64,000 nt of DNA. Source: Macrostomum lignano. Taxonomy: Eukaryota. Every line of letters starts with the position of its first letter. The first letter of the stretch is position 1. This document shows, piece after piece, positions 20,093-43,373 of this stretch. The DNA is taken from NCBI GenBank assembly GCA_002269645.1, contig NIVC01000728.1, forward strand, positions 124,001 to 188,000, written 5' to 3'. Under the pieces are notes generated by a model. It did not search any database. It saw only the letters and a list, made by a program, of their open reading frames with translations, and was not told where the DNA came from. Both the position numbers and the translations under genes were made by a program.

Positions 20093-20665
20093 ACTCCTCT
20101 CCTCTCCTCTCCTGTCCTCTCCTCTCCTCTCCTTTTTTCTGCTCTGCTCTCCTCTCCCTTCATCTCTCCCGTCATTTCCTCTCCTCTCCTCTCCTCTGCT
20201 CTTGCTCTCCCTCCATCTCTCCCATCATCTCCTCTCCTCTCCTCTCCTCTGCTCTTGCTCTCCCTTCATCTCTCCCATCATCTCCTCTCCTCTCCTCTCC
20301 TCTGCTCTTGCTCTCCCTTTATCTCTCCCGTCATCTCCTCTCCTCTCCTCTCCTCTGCTCTTGCTCTCCTCTCTTTTCCTCTCCTCTCCTCTCCCTGTAA
20401 TTTCCTCTCCCATAATCTCCCCTCCTCTCCTCTCCTCTCCTCTCCTCTCCTCTCCTCTCTTTTCCTCTCCTCTGCTCTGCTCTCCTCTCCTCTCCTCTCC
20501 TCTCCTCTCCTCTCCTCTCCTCTCCTCTCCTCTCCTCTCCTCTCTTTTCCTCTCCTCTGCTCTGCTCTGCTCTGCTCTCCTCTCCTCTCCTCTCCTCTCC
20601 TCTCCTCTCCTCTCCTCTCCTCTCCTCTCCTCTCCTCTCCTCTCCTCTCCTCTCCTCTCCCTTCT
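20093..20665. repeat. (CTCCT)n polypyrimidine pentamer array
   Basis: Direct reading. Confidence 0.95.
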
Positions 20666-21327
20666 CTTATTCAATCAAGTCACTTTACAGCCACGCCGAG
20701 GTTGCAGCTTAGTGAATCGCAGTCATACGCTCGAACATTTAGAGACGTGAACTTATTGCATCTGGTACGATGGCGGCTGTTCATTTACACATTTTTATCC
20801 AACGCCTGCTTCGACCGTCAGAGTCGCATGAAATGCTATGCGGATCTGACGGTTCAAGAATCTCTCAAGCTGCATCTCGGCAGTGTCTTCAAGCAGGAAA
20901 GACACGCGAAGACCATCTGGCAGGCCTGCATATACATTATCCATTTGCTAGTTAGCCCCGCAACGAAAATCTGAACAAGCCGAGTAATTGAAAATCCCAA
21001 TAGGCCCAAGATTGGGGTTCGGGATAATTGGATAGCGTTTGCAGGGAAGAACACGCACCTGATCCCTGCACTGCTGGTGCAGTTTAAGCTGACTTCCCCT
21101 AAGAATGAATCGGTCCGTATTTTTCGGCAGATAAAATCTATAGTAGGATTCCCTATATCCGGTCATCATGTACTTTTCCAAACCAACGACTTTCTTTATC
21201 TCCTTTGAAGATATAAGATCCTGTAATATTGTAATGGCCCTGCATCATTTTGAAAATTATGTATTTTGTTATACTCTGTGATGCTTTGTTAAACTTTGCC
21301 ATTCCTAATAGCTTGCAGCACAAATAA

Positions 21328-21645
21328 TACTGACACTACTGGCACTGCTGACGCTACTGACACTACTGACACTACTGACTGACACTACTGGCACTGCTGA
21401 CGCTACTGACACTACTGACTGACACTACTGGCACTGCTGACGCTACTGACACTACTGACTGACACTACTGACACTACTGACACTACTGATACTACTGACT
21501 GACACTACTGACACTACTGACTGACACTACTGACACTACTGACACTACTGATACTACTGACTGACACTACTGACACTACTGACACTACTGATACTACTGA
21601 CTGACACTACTGACACTACTGACTGACACTACTGACACTACTGAC
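21328..21645. repeat. 9/13-bp repeat ACTACTGAC(TGAC)
   Basis: Direct reading. Confidence 0.9.
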
Positions 21646-22025
21646 TTTCTATTGCGTAGCTTTTGTATTCAACACAAATATAAAATCAGGTCGCACCCTG
21701 TGTACTCGTACGAGAAAACGGAAACACACCAGAAGTGCAGATCTACCGAATTGCCATTTCAACGGCTGCTGATTGCCCCCCCCCAGCAACAGACCCCAGG
21801 CTTTTTGCCCGGGGAGTTCGGCTCCCCTCAACAGTTCGCTACGTGCCAGAACTTGTTATGTCAAGCAGTTCCTCTTGACTTTGAAAGGCGCTCTGTACGA
21901 CAGGTCTGTTTGACTCTCCGAGCCTTCATCTATTCGCATTTTACAAGTAAGACACTTCATCCTCTGGTCGCTAAGCATCTTAGGCAGCATTTGCAGTATC
22001 GGGCACTGAACTTCAGCTTTCCATG

Positions 22026-22865
22026 TATCACTGCTACAGCTTCATCAGTGTAACTCCTACAGCTTCATCAGTGTCACTCTTACAGCTTCATCTGTGTCAC
22101 TCCTACAGCTTCATCTGTGTCACTCCTACAGCTTCATCTGTGTCACTCCTACAGCTTCATCAGTGTCACTCTTACAGCTTCATCTGTGTCACTCCTACAG
22201 CTTCATCTGTGTCACTCCTACAGCTTCATCAGTGTCACTCCTACAGCTTCATCTGTGTCACTCCTACAGCTTCATCAGTGTCACTCTTACAGCTTCATCT
22301 GTTTCACTGCTACAGCTTCATCTGTGTCACTCCTACAGCTTCATCTGTGTCACTCCTACAGCTTCATCAGTGTCACTCTTGCAGCTTCATCAGTGTCACT
22401 CCTACAGCTTCATCTGTGTCACTCCTACAGCTTCATCTGTGTCACTCCTACAGCTTCATCTGTGTCACTCCTACAGCTTCATCAGTGTCACTCTTACAGC
22501 TTCATCTGTGTCACTCCTACAGCTTCATCTGTGTCACTCCTACAGCTTCATCAGTGTCACTCCTACAGCTTCATCTGTGTCACTCCTACAGCTTCATCAG
22601 TGTCACTCCTACAGCTTCATCTGTGTCACTCCTAAAGCTTCATCAGTGTCACTCCTGCAGCTTCATCTGTGTCACTCCTACAGCTTCATCTGTGTCACTC
22701 CTACAGCTTCATCAGTGTCACTCCTAAAGTCTCACCTGTGTCATTCGTACAGCATTTTCAGTGTCACTCCTACAACTTCATGTGTGTCACTCCTACAGCC
22801 TCACCTGTGTCACTCGTACAGCATTTCAGTGTCACTCCTACAACTTCACGTGTGTCACTCCTACA
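22026..22865. repeat. 23-bp minisatellite TGTCACTCCTACAGCTTCATCTG
   Basis: Direct reading. Confidence 0.95.
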
Positions 22866-23299
22866 ATCTTATCTGTCATTGTAATTTAAATTTTAAAGTA
22901 AGTTAAAGTTAGAGTTCATTTTTCGCAGCACACTACTTATTGATAGGCAAGTAGACAATTTTTTTCAAATTCAAAAAATAAATAGCAAAACTGATCCTTT
23001 TCTCAACTGAGATAATATTTTCCGAACGAAGTTAAAAGTACAGTCAAAGTTCAGGTGCTCAGCGTGAGGACTATAATTTCGTTGCCTGTGTGTTAGCCTG
23101 AGCCAGAGCACGTTGGCAGGCTGCCAGAATGATGAAGCCGCAGCTTCCGGGGTGATTTATATTTTTGCCTTGCCCTTTTCGCGTCAGCTAGAAATGAGAA
23201 AATAAAAATATTTGTTTTAGTCTTAATTGTTGAAATTCTTAGTTAAATTTCGGTTGCTAGGGTATCCTGAATATCGGCTAAGCCAGTGGCTTCGTTGCT

Positions 23300-26200
23300 T
23301 CACCAAAGATTTCTTCTTTTGCCGCGCAGGGGCTTGAATCCCCTAGCGTAGATTATGTCCTCGCTGGCCCACGGGATCTGGCTGCCGAACTGGATGTCTG
23401 CGGGTAATTTGTTGCGGGCGCTTATAAGGTGCTTTGGGGGCGCTTATCAGGGTAATTTGGGGGCGCTTATCAGGGTAATTTGGGGCTTTGTGGGCGCTTT
23501 TAAGGGTGCTTTGGGGGCGCTTATCAGGGTAATTTATGAGCGCTTGTAAGGGTGCTTTGGGACGCTTATCAGGGTAATTTATGAGCGCTTGTAAGGGTGC
23601 TTTGGGACGCTTATCAGGGTAATTTATGAGCGCTTGTAAGGGTAATTTGGGGCTTTGTGGGCGCTTTTAAGGGTGCTTTGGGGGCGCTTATCAGGGTAAT
23701 TTATGAGCGCTTGTAAGGGTGCTTTGGGACGCTTATCAGGGTAATTTATGAGCGCTTGTAAGGGTAATTTGGGGCTTTGTGGGCGCTTTTAAGGGTGCTT
23801 TGGGGGCGCTTATCAGGGTAATTTATGAGCGCTTGTAAGGGTGCTTTGGGACGCTTATCAGGGTAATTTATGAGCGCTTGTAAGGGTGCTTTGGGACGCT
23901 TATAAGGGTGCTTTGGGGGCGCTTATCAGGGTAATTTATGAGCGCTTGTAAGGGTGCTTTGGGACGCTTATCAGGGTAATTTATGAGCGCTTGTAAGGGT
24001 GCTTTGGGGGGGCTTATACGTAAGGGTGCTTTGGGGGCGCTTATCAGGGTAATTTGGGGGCGCTTATCAGGGTAATTTGGGGGCGCTTATCAGGGTAATT
24101 TGGGGGCGCTTGTAAGGGTGCTTTGGGACGCTTATAAGGGTGCTTTGGGAGCGCTTATAAGAGTGCTTTGGGGGGGGGGCTTATACGTAAGGGTGCTTTG
24201 GGGGCGCTTATCAGGGTAATTTGGGGGCGCTTATCAGGGTAATTTGGGGGCGCTTATAAGGGTAATTTGGGGGCGCTTATCAGGGTAATTTGGGGGCGCT
24301 TATCAGGGTAATTTGGGTTGTAAGGGTGCTTTGGGACACTTATAAGGGTGCTTTGGGGGGGGGCTTATAAAGGTGTTTTGGGGGCGCATAAAAATTTTGC
24401 TTTGGGGGCGCTTCTGAGGGTGCTTTGGGGGCGCTTATAAGGGTGCTTGGGGGCGCTTATAAGGGTGCTTTAGGAGCGCTTATAAGGGTGCTTTGGAGGC
24501 GCTTATAAGGGTGCTTTGGGGGCGCTTATAAGGTGCTTTGGAGGCGCTTATAAGGGTGCTTGGGGGCGCTTATAAGGGTGCTTTAGGAGCGCTTATAAGG
24601 GTGCTTTGGGGGGCTTATACGTAGGGTTATTTGGGGGCGCTTATATGATGTACTATATATATATTTACGTCGTATATGCTCTTTTATTTCTGAGCAATCT
24701 TTCAACGGATACAATTAACTCTCTCAGTGAGATTCCTATAATTGACGCTGTCATGCTTAATTGGTTACTAATTAATCCGCCACTGATAAAGCACTGGCTA
24801 CTAATCAATCCATACAATAATATTGTAAATTCTCACTATCTACATGCACACAGTCATGATTGGATTTCATAGAAAAGTACATTCTGTCCTAATTTGCCCA
24901 ATTACTCAATACTCACCGTAGGTTTTGTACCGTTTTTTCACCTGGCCCGTGGTCGTTTGCACTTTGTAGTTGAAACTGCCTGCAATTTAGGGAATAGGAA
25001 TGCTTCTCAAACAAACTTGCTCTTCTCAAAGTAAGGAAAGAGGTTGGGGGTCAGAGATCAGATGAAAGAGTTGCAAAAATTCCACATAAATTGAGATCTA
25101 TTTATAAAACCACGACTTCAAAAGTTGCGGTCAAATTATAAATTCCAATTAGTCAAGCTGCTTTGAAGAACAGGATGGAGTTAAAAGGAGAGGAGAGGAG
25201 AGGAGAGGAGAGGAGAGGAGAGGAGAGGAGAGGAGAGGAGAGGAGGGAGAGGAAAAGAGAGGAGAGGAGAGGAGAGGAGGGAGAGGAAAAGAGAGGAGAG
25301 GAGAGGAGAGGAGAGGAGAGGAGAGGAGAGGAGAGGAGAGGAGAGGAGAGGAGAGGAGAGGAGAGGAGAGGAGAGGAGAGGAGAGGAGAGGAGAGGAGAG
25401 AGAGAGCAGAGGAGAGGAGAGCAGAGGAGAGGAGAGGAGAGCAGAGGAGAGGAGAGGAGAGGAGAGGAGAGCAGAGGAGAGGAGAGGAGAGGAGAGGAGA
25501 GGGGAGAGAGAGGAGAGCAGAGGAGAGGAGAGGAGAGGAGAGGAGAGGAGAGGAGAGGAGAGGAGAGGAGAGGAGAGGAGAGGAGAGGAGAGGAGAGGAG
25601 AGGAGAGGAGAGGAGAGGAGAGGAGAGGAGAGGAGAGGAGAGGAGAGGAGAGGAGAGGAGAGGAGAAGAGAGAGGAGAGGAGAGGAGAGGAGAGGAGAGG
25701 AGAGGAGAGGAGAGGAGAGAGAGGAGAGAGGAGAGAGAGGAGAGGAGAGGAGAGGAGAGGAGAGGAGAGGAGAGGAGAGGAGAGGAGAGGAGAGCAGAGA
25801 GCAGAGGAGAGGAGAGAAGAGGAGAGCAGAGGAGAGGAGAGGAGAGGAGAGGGCAGGACAGGAGAGGAGAGGAGAGGAGAGGAGAGGAGAGGAGAGGAGA
25901 GGAGAGGAGAGGAGAGGAGAGGAGAGGAGAGGAGAGGAGAGGAGAGGAGAGGAGAGGAGAGGAGAGGAGAGGAGAAGAGAGGAGAGGAGAGGAGAGGAGA
26001 GGAGAGGAGAGGAGAGGAGAGGAGAGGAGAAGAGAGGAGAGGAGAGGAAAAAGTTGAAAGATGGGTAGCAGGCGGAGGTTCAGCAGAGGTCTAGCAATTT
26101 ATCGTGTTGTTTTTTGTTTCGCAGTAACCAGTTAATAAAAGTATCGCTATTGCTCTTTGAAGCGAAGTTGTCCCGTTAAAACTTTGATGCGCCCGTTGAA

Positions 26201-26315
26201 CTCGCGCGGTTGCCTCACCTTCTTCATCAGCATCCCGCTGCGTTTCCAACTGGAGGGCGCCAGCGGTAACCAATAACAACAGTAGCGTTGTGGCAAGTCT
26301 TAGATGAAGGAACAT
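23300..26315 (-). CDS. Small secreted prepropeptide (85 aa), candidate amidated neuropeptide precursor
   Basis: Exons 26315-26219, 24979-24917, 23397-23300, all phase 1 (donors GTGAGG, GTGAGT; acceptors ttgcag, ccgcag). Product: MFLHLRLATTLLLLLVTAGALQLETQRDADEEGSFNYKVQTTTGQVKKRYKTYDIQFGSQIPWASEDIIYARGFKPLRGKRRNLW. Signal peptide, KKR site and G-KR amidation signal. An in-frame upstream ATG exists at 26363. Confidence 0.75.
23402..24640. repeat. About 23-bp minisatellite GGGTAATTTGGGGGCGCTTATCA / GGGTGCTTTGGGGGCGCTTATAA
   Basis: Direct reading; intron 2 of the prepropeptide gene, abutting the acceptor. Confidence 0.93.
25185..26048. repeat. (AGGAG)n polypurine pentamer array
   Basis: Direct reading; intron 1 of the prepropeptide gene. 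Confidence 0.96.
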
Positions 26316-26884
26316 TTTTACCAGTTGCCTTTGATTTGACTGTGGAGAGGCTGAGAGTCGCATGGGGGGCAAAGTTCGAAATTTAGGGATTAAATTCTAT
26401 TCCAAAGTAGATCCTCTGCTCAAATCTGATTGGACGAGCCGTCATCAAGAGCTTCGAAGCTGATTTGTGACCAATGATGGAAATCGCTGCATCAAATATA
26501 ATCCAACAAACTGGTTGATGAACTGTCATAAATTTCAGCCAGGTTATTTACAGTTTAATCGGGGCGGATGCCAAATGATAAGCGCCAATTCACTTCAGCT
26601 CCTTTCTGAGTAAAACTTTTGAGAAAAAAAGCATTTTATATTTCTTCTAAATGAAATCCAGAATAGAAAATGATTTATTTAAAAAAAGCCGAGGGCAGAG
26701 AGAATAAAAGTCTCCCCAGACTATCGTAGTATTTTTTGAATAGCGAGAAAATTTAAAGCTAATAATTTCGTATCGGCCTGTGTGAAAATGGGGCTGCAAA
26801 TCACAGCATGGGAGGCTCTTGACTGGCTTTAACGAGGTCTTTTGGAACATAAGACTGATTTCTTGTGGAGAAAAGATTGATAGA

Positions 26885-27825
26885 TATAGTGAAAGGATAC
26901 TGACAGATAGAGTGACAAGAGAGTGACAGAGTGAAAAGAGAGTGACAGACAGAGTGAAAGGATAGTGACAGACAGAGTGAAAGGATAGTGACAGATAGAG
27001 TGAAAGGATAGTGACAGACAGAGTGAAAGGATAGTGACAGACAGAGTGAAAGGATAGTGACAGACAGAGTGAAAGGATAGTGACAGATAGAGTGAAAAGA
27101 GAGTGACAGATAGAGTGAAAGGTCAGTGACAAAAGGAGTGAAAAGAGAGTGACAGACAGAGTGAAAGGATAGTGACAGACAGAGTGAAAGGATAGTGACA
27201 GAAGGAGTGAAAGGATAGTGACAGACAGAGTGAAAGGATAGTGACAGACAGAGTGAAAGGATAGTGACAGACAGAGTGAAAGGATAGTGACAGATAGAGT
27301 GGAAAGAGAGTGACAGATAGAGTGAAAGGTCAGTGACAAAAGGAGTGAAAAGAGAGTGACAGACAGAGTGAAAGGATAGTGACAGACAGAGTGAAAGGAT
27401 AGTGACAGATAGAGTGAAAGGATAGTGACAGACAGAGTGAAAGGATAGTGACAGACAGAGTGAAAGGATAGTGACAGATAGAGTGAAAGGATAGTGACAG
27501 ACAGAGTGAAAGGATAGTGACAGATAGAGTAAAAGGATAGTGACAGACAGAGTGAAAAGAGAGTGACAGACAGAGTGAAAGGATAGTGACAGACAGAGTG
27601 AAAGGATAGTGACAGATAGAGTGAAAGGATAGTGACAGACAGAGTGAAAGGATAGTGACAGACAGAGTGAAAGGATAGTGACAGATATAGTGAAAGGATA
27701 GTGAATGAGGAAAGAAAAGAGAGTGACAGCAGGAGTGAAAAGAGAGTGACAGAAAGTGTGAAAAAAGGATGACATGAGTGAAAGAAGAGTGACAGAAGAT
27801 TGAGGGCAGAGTGACAGGAGTGAAA
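26885..27825. repeat. 23-bp minisatellite GACAGACAGAGTGAAAGGATAGT
   Basis: Direct reading; intergenic. Confidence 0.94.
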
Positions 27826-27869
27826 AAAGCCAGAAATGCACTAAACAACAGCAAATACGCGATCAGAGC

Positions 27870-29536
<1,667 letters not shown>

Positions 29537-30371
29537 CGTGCGGTTATCGGCAGTGTCAGCTGCTGGCTAAATATGTAACTATAGTGCTGCAAAAGGACTG
29601 CCTGCTTCGATTTAATATTCCTAACTTCCGCGTTTCTGGGCAGAGGTGGGCCACAGACTACAGGAATTACTAGTATATGGCAATACAAAACGGCCATACA
29701 TATTGCTCATGCTGATGTCTATGGTTGACACCCACACCCCATGGCCCATAATTCATCAACGCAGCTCATGCGCTCGTATAACTCAGCCACATAGTCTATG
29801 GTACAATCACAATAATACTTTGTGGGCGATGATGAAAAAGCCAGAGGGCGCCGAATATACCAACAATTCATACCTTGCTAATTTATTCTTAATAGCAACT
29901 ACAACTATATAGCTCAACTATAAGAGAGAAAATAAAGAAGCGCAACGAAGCAAAAAAACGAGAGAAAGAAGTGAGACTGCTGTCATATTCACGATTCACA
30001 ATGCTTAACTACAATGGGATTGCAGAGAAAGAAATGTCCGGTCTCTCATCGGACGGAACTTCAATTCGTGACGTTGTTCGATTTTTCATTTCCCGATTCT
30101 GATGACCTTCGAACGATACTAAGACACAAAAAAATTTTGCAACCTAAAAAAATTGCACTTTGAAAGTTCATGGAAGCGGGAATTTATGAATTTAGGGCTT
30201 AAGTTTTAACTTGAAAATTAAGTACAAGGAAATTTAAATTGGAAGGTTTTTAAACTTTATTTGAAACAGCAAGCATAAGATCTCACTCAATAGGGGTTAC
30301 TATTAGTAGCAAATATCAGCTTTTGTCAGCGTTTTTAAAGAGATAAATGAAATATTTAGTTCATGACAGAG

Positions 30372-32604
<2,233 letters not shown>

Positions 32605-32949
32605 GCAGAATGCTGCTGCAGAAAAGCCCAGATGTTACTGTGAAGGTTTGGTGCATCGATTGCCAGGCAGTCCCGCTTCATTTTTATTGAGGCCGGGTTG
32701 ATTTGCAGAGGAGTGGAGAAGGGAGGAAAGATGGGACGAGAGTCAGGAGGCAACCCCCATTTTAGCCGCACAACAATTCACGATTGTGCTCACCTAGACT
32801 CAGAGCTGTTCTCAAGCGTGCTTTCACAATCTTTCATCCTCTCTTGGACCGCACTGGATACTGTGAGTCTCAATGCTCAGCGGAGATGGGCTGAAAATCC
32901 CCTTATTCACCGGAAGTCGACTCCCTAGAGCACCGAGACTGCTGATTTT

Positions 32950-32964
32950 GTTGTCCTTAGCAAC
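32950..32964. promoter_or_regulatory. RFX X-box-like motif upstream of the Ly6 gene
   Basis: GTTGTCCTTAGCAAC fits the X-box consensus; about 350 bp 5' of the Ly6 ATG, with a second half-site (TAGCAAC) nearby. Confidence 0.35.
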
Positions 32965-33036
32965 GGACAATAGCAACCGGGCTCATTCTTGGCGCGTATT
33001 GTGTGGGCATGAACAAAAACTTGGCTAGTTTATGGC

Positions 33037-33902
33037 TCATATAGCTATAGCTCACTGACTATAGCTCACTGACTATAGCTCACTGACTATAGCTCACTGA
33101 CTATAGCTCACTGACTATAGCTCACTGACTATAGCTCACTGACTATAGCTCACTGACTATAGCTCACTGACTACATCTCACTGACTATAGCTCACTGACT
33201 ATAGCTCACTGACTACAGCTCACTGACTATAGCTCACTGACTATAGCTCACTGACTATAGCTCACTGACTATAGCTCACTGACTACAGCTCACTGACTAT
33301 AGCTCACTGACTATAGCTCACTGAATATAGCTCACTGACTATAGCTCACTGACTATAGCTCACTGAATATAGCTCACTGACTATAGCTCACTGACTATAG
33401 CTCACTGAATATAGCTCACTGACTATAGCTCACTGACTATAGCTCACTGACTATATCTCATTAACTATAGCTCACTGACTATAGCTCACTGACTATAGCT
33501 CACTGACTATAGCTCACTGACTACAGCTCACTGACTATAGCTCACTGACTATAGCTCACTGACTATATCTCATTAACTATAGCTCACTGACTATAGCTCA
33601 CTGACTATAGCTCACTGAATATAGCTCACTGACTATAGCTCACTGACTATAGCTCACTGACTATAGCTCACTGACTATAGCTCACTGACTACAGCTCACT
33701 GACTATAGCTCACTGACTACAGCTCACTGACTATAGCTCACTGACTACAGCTCACTGACTATAGCTCACTGACTATAGCTCACTGACTATAGCTCACTGA
33801 CTATAGCTCACTGACTATAGCTCACTGACTATAGCTCACTGACTACAGCTCACTGACTATAGCTCACTGACTACAGCTCACTGACTATAGCTCACTGACT
33901 AT
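33037..33902. repeat. 14-bp minisatellite CTATAGCTCACTGA
   Basis: Direct reading. Confidence 0.96.
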
Positions 33903-34383
33903 AAATTTTGGAACTTCTATATGAATAAAAAATCAGAACTAGAAATAATTACAATTCTTAGATAATCTGTCAATGTAAGCCAGAGTGCATAACACACAAA
34001 CGGACACATAATACATCGCAGTATATTTATTTATATGCAAGTCACAAGCCGCCGTCGAGCTCCCCCACATTGGCGCGGTGTGTCAGAACTGCGCAAGAGG
34101 TGATGAAAGTGCGAAATGTAGAAAAGACAACAAAATTATTTTTGTCGAGTACAAAAATACGTAATTCAAAAAGAAACAAATACAACAAGTACAGATTAAC
34201 AAAAAAATTTAAAAAATTCTCCTTGTCATTTTGGCCAGATACCGCCGGTTGGGTGCGTGCAAAATGGGTTGTTAGCAAAATAACAAAAATAAACATATTT
34301 GAAAATCATCTTTTACTGTTTCTCTGATTCATCTGGCACAATAAAACAAAAGAAAACAAAGAAAGCATGGGAAAACAAAGAGT

Positions 34384-41207
<6,824 letters not shown>

Positions 41208-42627
41208 GAATGGGCGGAAGAGACTGGGTGCCAACCCTTGCAGAGGTCAGCTGTGCTGCAGTTCAGCCCTGGCCGCCTTGGCTGGAACAGTTGTCAGGCA
41301 TGTGTGCACGCAAATCAAAGCCAGTGTTGCGGGGCGATGAGCGGCCAGACAAAGCCCGCCAATTATCTGGCGGCTAAAATTTCTCCAACAAAAAAGAAAC
41401 TTAAAGTGCGAGCCGAAGCAAGATGGAGAGAGAGAGAGAGAGAGAGAGGGGAGAGAATGGGCCAAGCCCGTTAACAGAGCGTTTCTTTCTTCTTCTCTCT
41501 CCATTTTACTCGCCATCTCGACACGTCTCTCGGCCGCAGCTCCCACAGCTCTCTCTCCGTAGCAGACCAGCTGTTCGAACGACTAGCGCTATGCCCCCCC
41601 CCCCGACGAATCGAGTAGGGGGGAGGGGTGGCTCACCGGGGGTTATGCAGTTGCCGAGTGCGTAAAAGCTCTGCGGCTGATTGGCTGCGGCACAAAAAGC
41701 AGTTTTTAGCAGACGCAGGCAATCCAAGGCGAAAGAAACCTCAAGGCAAGATGGAAAACGCGCAGAACTCGAATAAATGGTTGCAAATTGAAACATTGCC
41801 AAAAGCGTCTGCTTGTAGCAGCTTTAATTTCTTTTCCAAACAACGCGTTTTAGTCGAGGAGTTGTGAACAGACCGTGAGACCCTTACGAGTAGGCGATCT
41901 CTCTATCCACTCACCCCCTACCAGACTATGAACAGAACAGGTCTTCAAAGCTGTGTCTCCTCTCGACAACTCAACTCATTACAGAATACAAAAACTGCAA
42001 GAATTCCTAACAAAATATTGCATTGCTTGACAAACTCAGACCGGTCTGGCTAACAGACAGGCGCTAATGACGCTCTTCTCTTCTGCACTTTGCTGCAGCA
42101 GCAGCAGCAGCCCATTTAGAAATCAGATAAAAATTGTAAACAGAAAAATAGTTTTAAGTACCCGACAGACAAGGCGGTTTTCCTGTCATTATTCAACCTT
42201 TGTTTAATACCGTGTTTTGACAACGAACTAACCAAATCGTGCTAGAGTTTGGTTGTCTAAAAAGCAGCCAATTTAGTGCTCAAAAAAGTTCCAGGGCTCA
42301 GCAACACCTGACCTTAGACTGTCACATGTCACATGTCAATCAAGCATCATATCTAAGCGGACTTTGACTGCTTGTGGCAATATTTGGCTACAGAGAACAG
42401 CTCTTTTAGAAGAAATTATTTTATAAACTGGCGCGTACGTCACTCACCGAGCTCAGTTGGATTGCTTGTTAAAGTTGGTTGAGTCCCGAATAGCTGCTCA
42501 ACACGATGAAGCTTTGAGAGAAAGGGAGAGGCTGGGGACCAGTGACAACGCGGAAGTAATATCAGGGGCATCTCCACTCCCAGCCAGGTTGCACAGAGAA
42601 CTAAATAATGCAGACGCAAGATGGAGG

Positions 42628-42642
42628 GTTGCCATGAGCAAC
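42628..42642. promoter_or_regulatory. RFX X-box motif upstream of HUNK
   Basis: GTTGCCATGAGCAAC fits the near-palindromic X-box consensus GYTRYY-N1-3-RRHRAC; about 1.4 kb 5' of the HUNK ATG. Confidence 0.5.
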
Positions 42643-43025
42643 GCAGGAATCTGCGCTCCGCACGGGCGGTCAGCCCAGCGGCTAGCAGTATCCCCATGGG
42701 GAATGCTTAAGAACCAGGATCAGACACTCAGGATAGGCTAACCAAAATTAGATAGGTGCTTCCAAGTCTCCAAACCCTATTGTTTTGTAAACCATTGTTT
42801 CCCAGCCTTGGAAATTGGAGACAATTTAAAAAAGGTTTGAATCTCGGGACTTCAGCATACCGGTAGCTGGCTTACTTTATCTTACTTGTACTGCCGAAAC
42901 CTGCTTGTTCAGCCGCTATATTTTCTAGTTTAACTATCGAATGTGGGCTAGTCAAACTACTTATAGTAGTTCAACGTTGATTCAAACTTTTCAAATAAAC
43001 GTAAATAGAAAATAGAAAAAAGAAC

Positions 43026-43373
43026 AGAATCACCCCCGAGAAAATCGTCCCTGAGAGAATCGCCCCTGAGAGAATCGCCCCTGAGAGAATCGCCCCTGAG
43101 AGAATCGACCCTGAGAGAATCGCCCCTGAGAGAATCGACCCTGAGAGAATCGCCCCTGATAGAATCGCCCCTGAGAGAATCGCCCCTGAGAGAATCGACC
43201 CTGAGAGAATCGCCCCTGATAGAATCGCCCCTGAGAGAATCGCCCCTGAGAGAATCGCCCCTGAGAGAATCGCCCCTGAGAGAATCGTCCCTGATAGATT
43301 CGACCATGAGAGAATCGCCCCTGAGAGAATCGTCCCTGATAGATTCGACCATGAGAGAATCGCCCCTGAGAGA
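43026..43373. repeat. 15-bp minisatellite CCCTGAGAGAATCGC
   Basis: Direct reading. Confidence 0.93.

Noticed and set aside
25163-26068. EERRG-repeat ORF (and LLSSP ORFs at 20025-20974)
   Set aside because: Translations of pentamer repeats.
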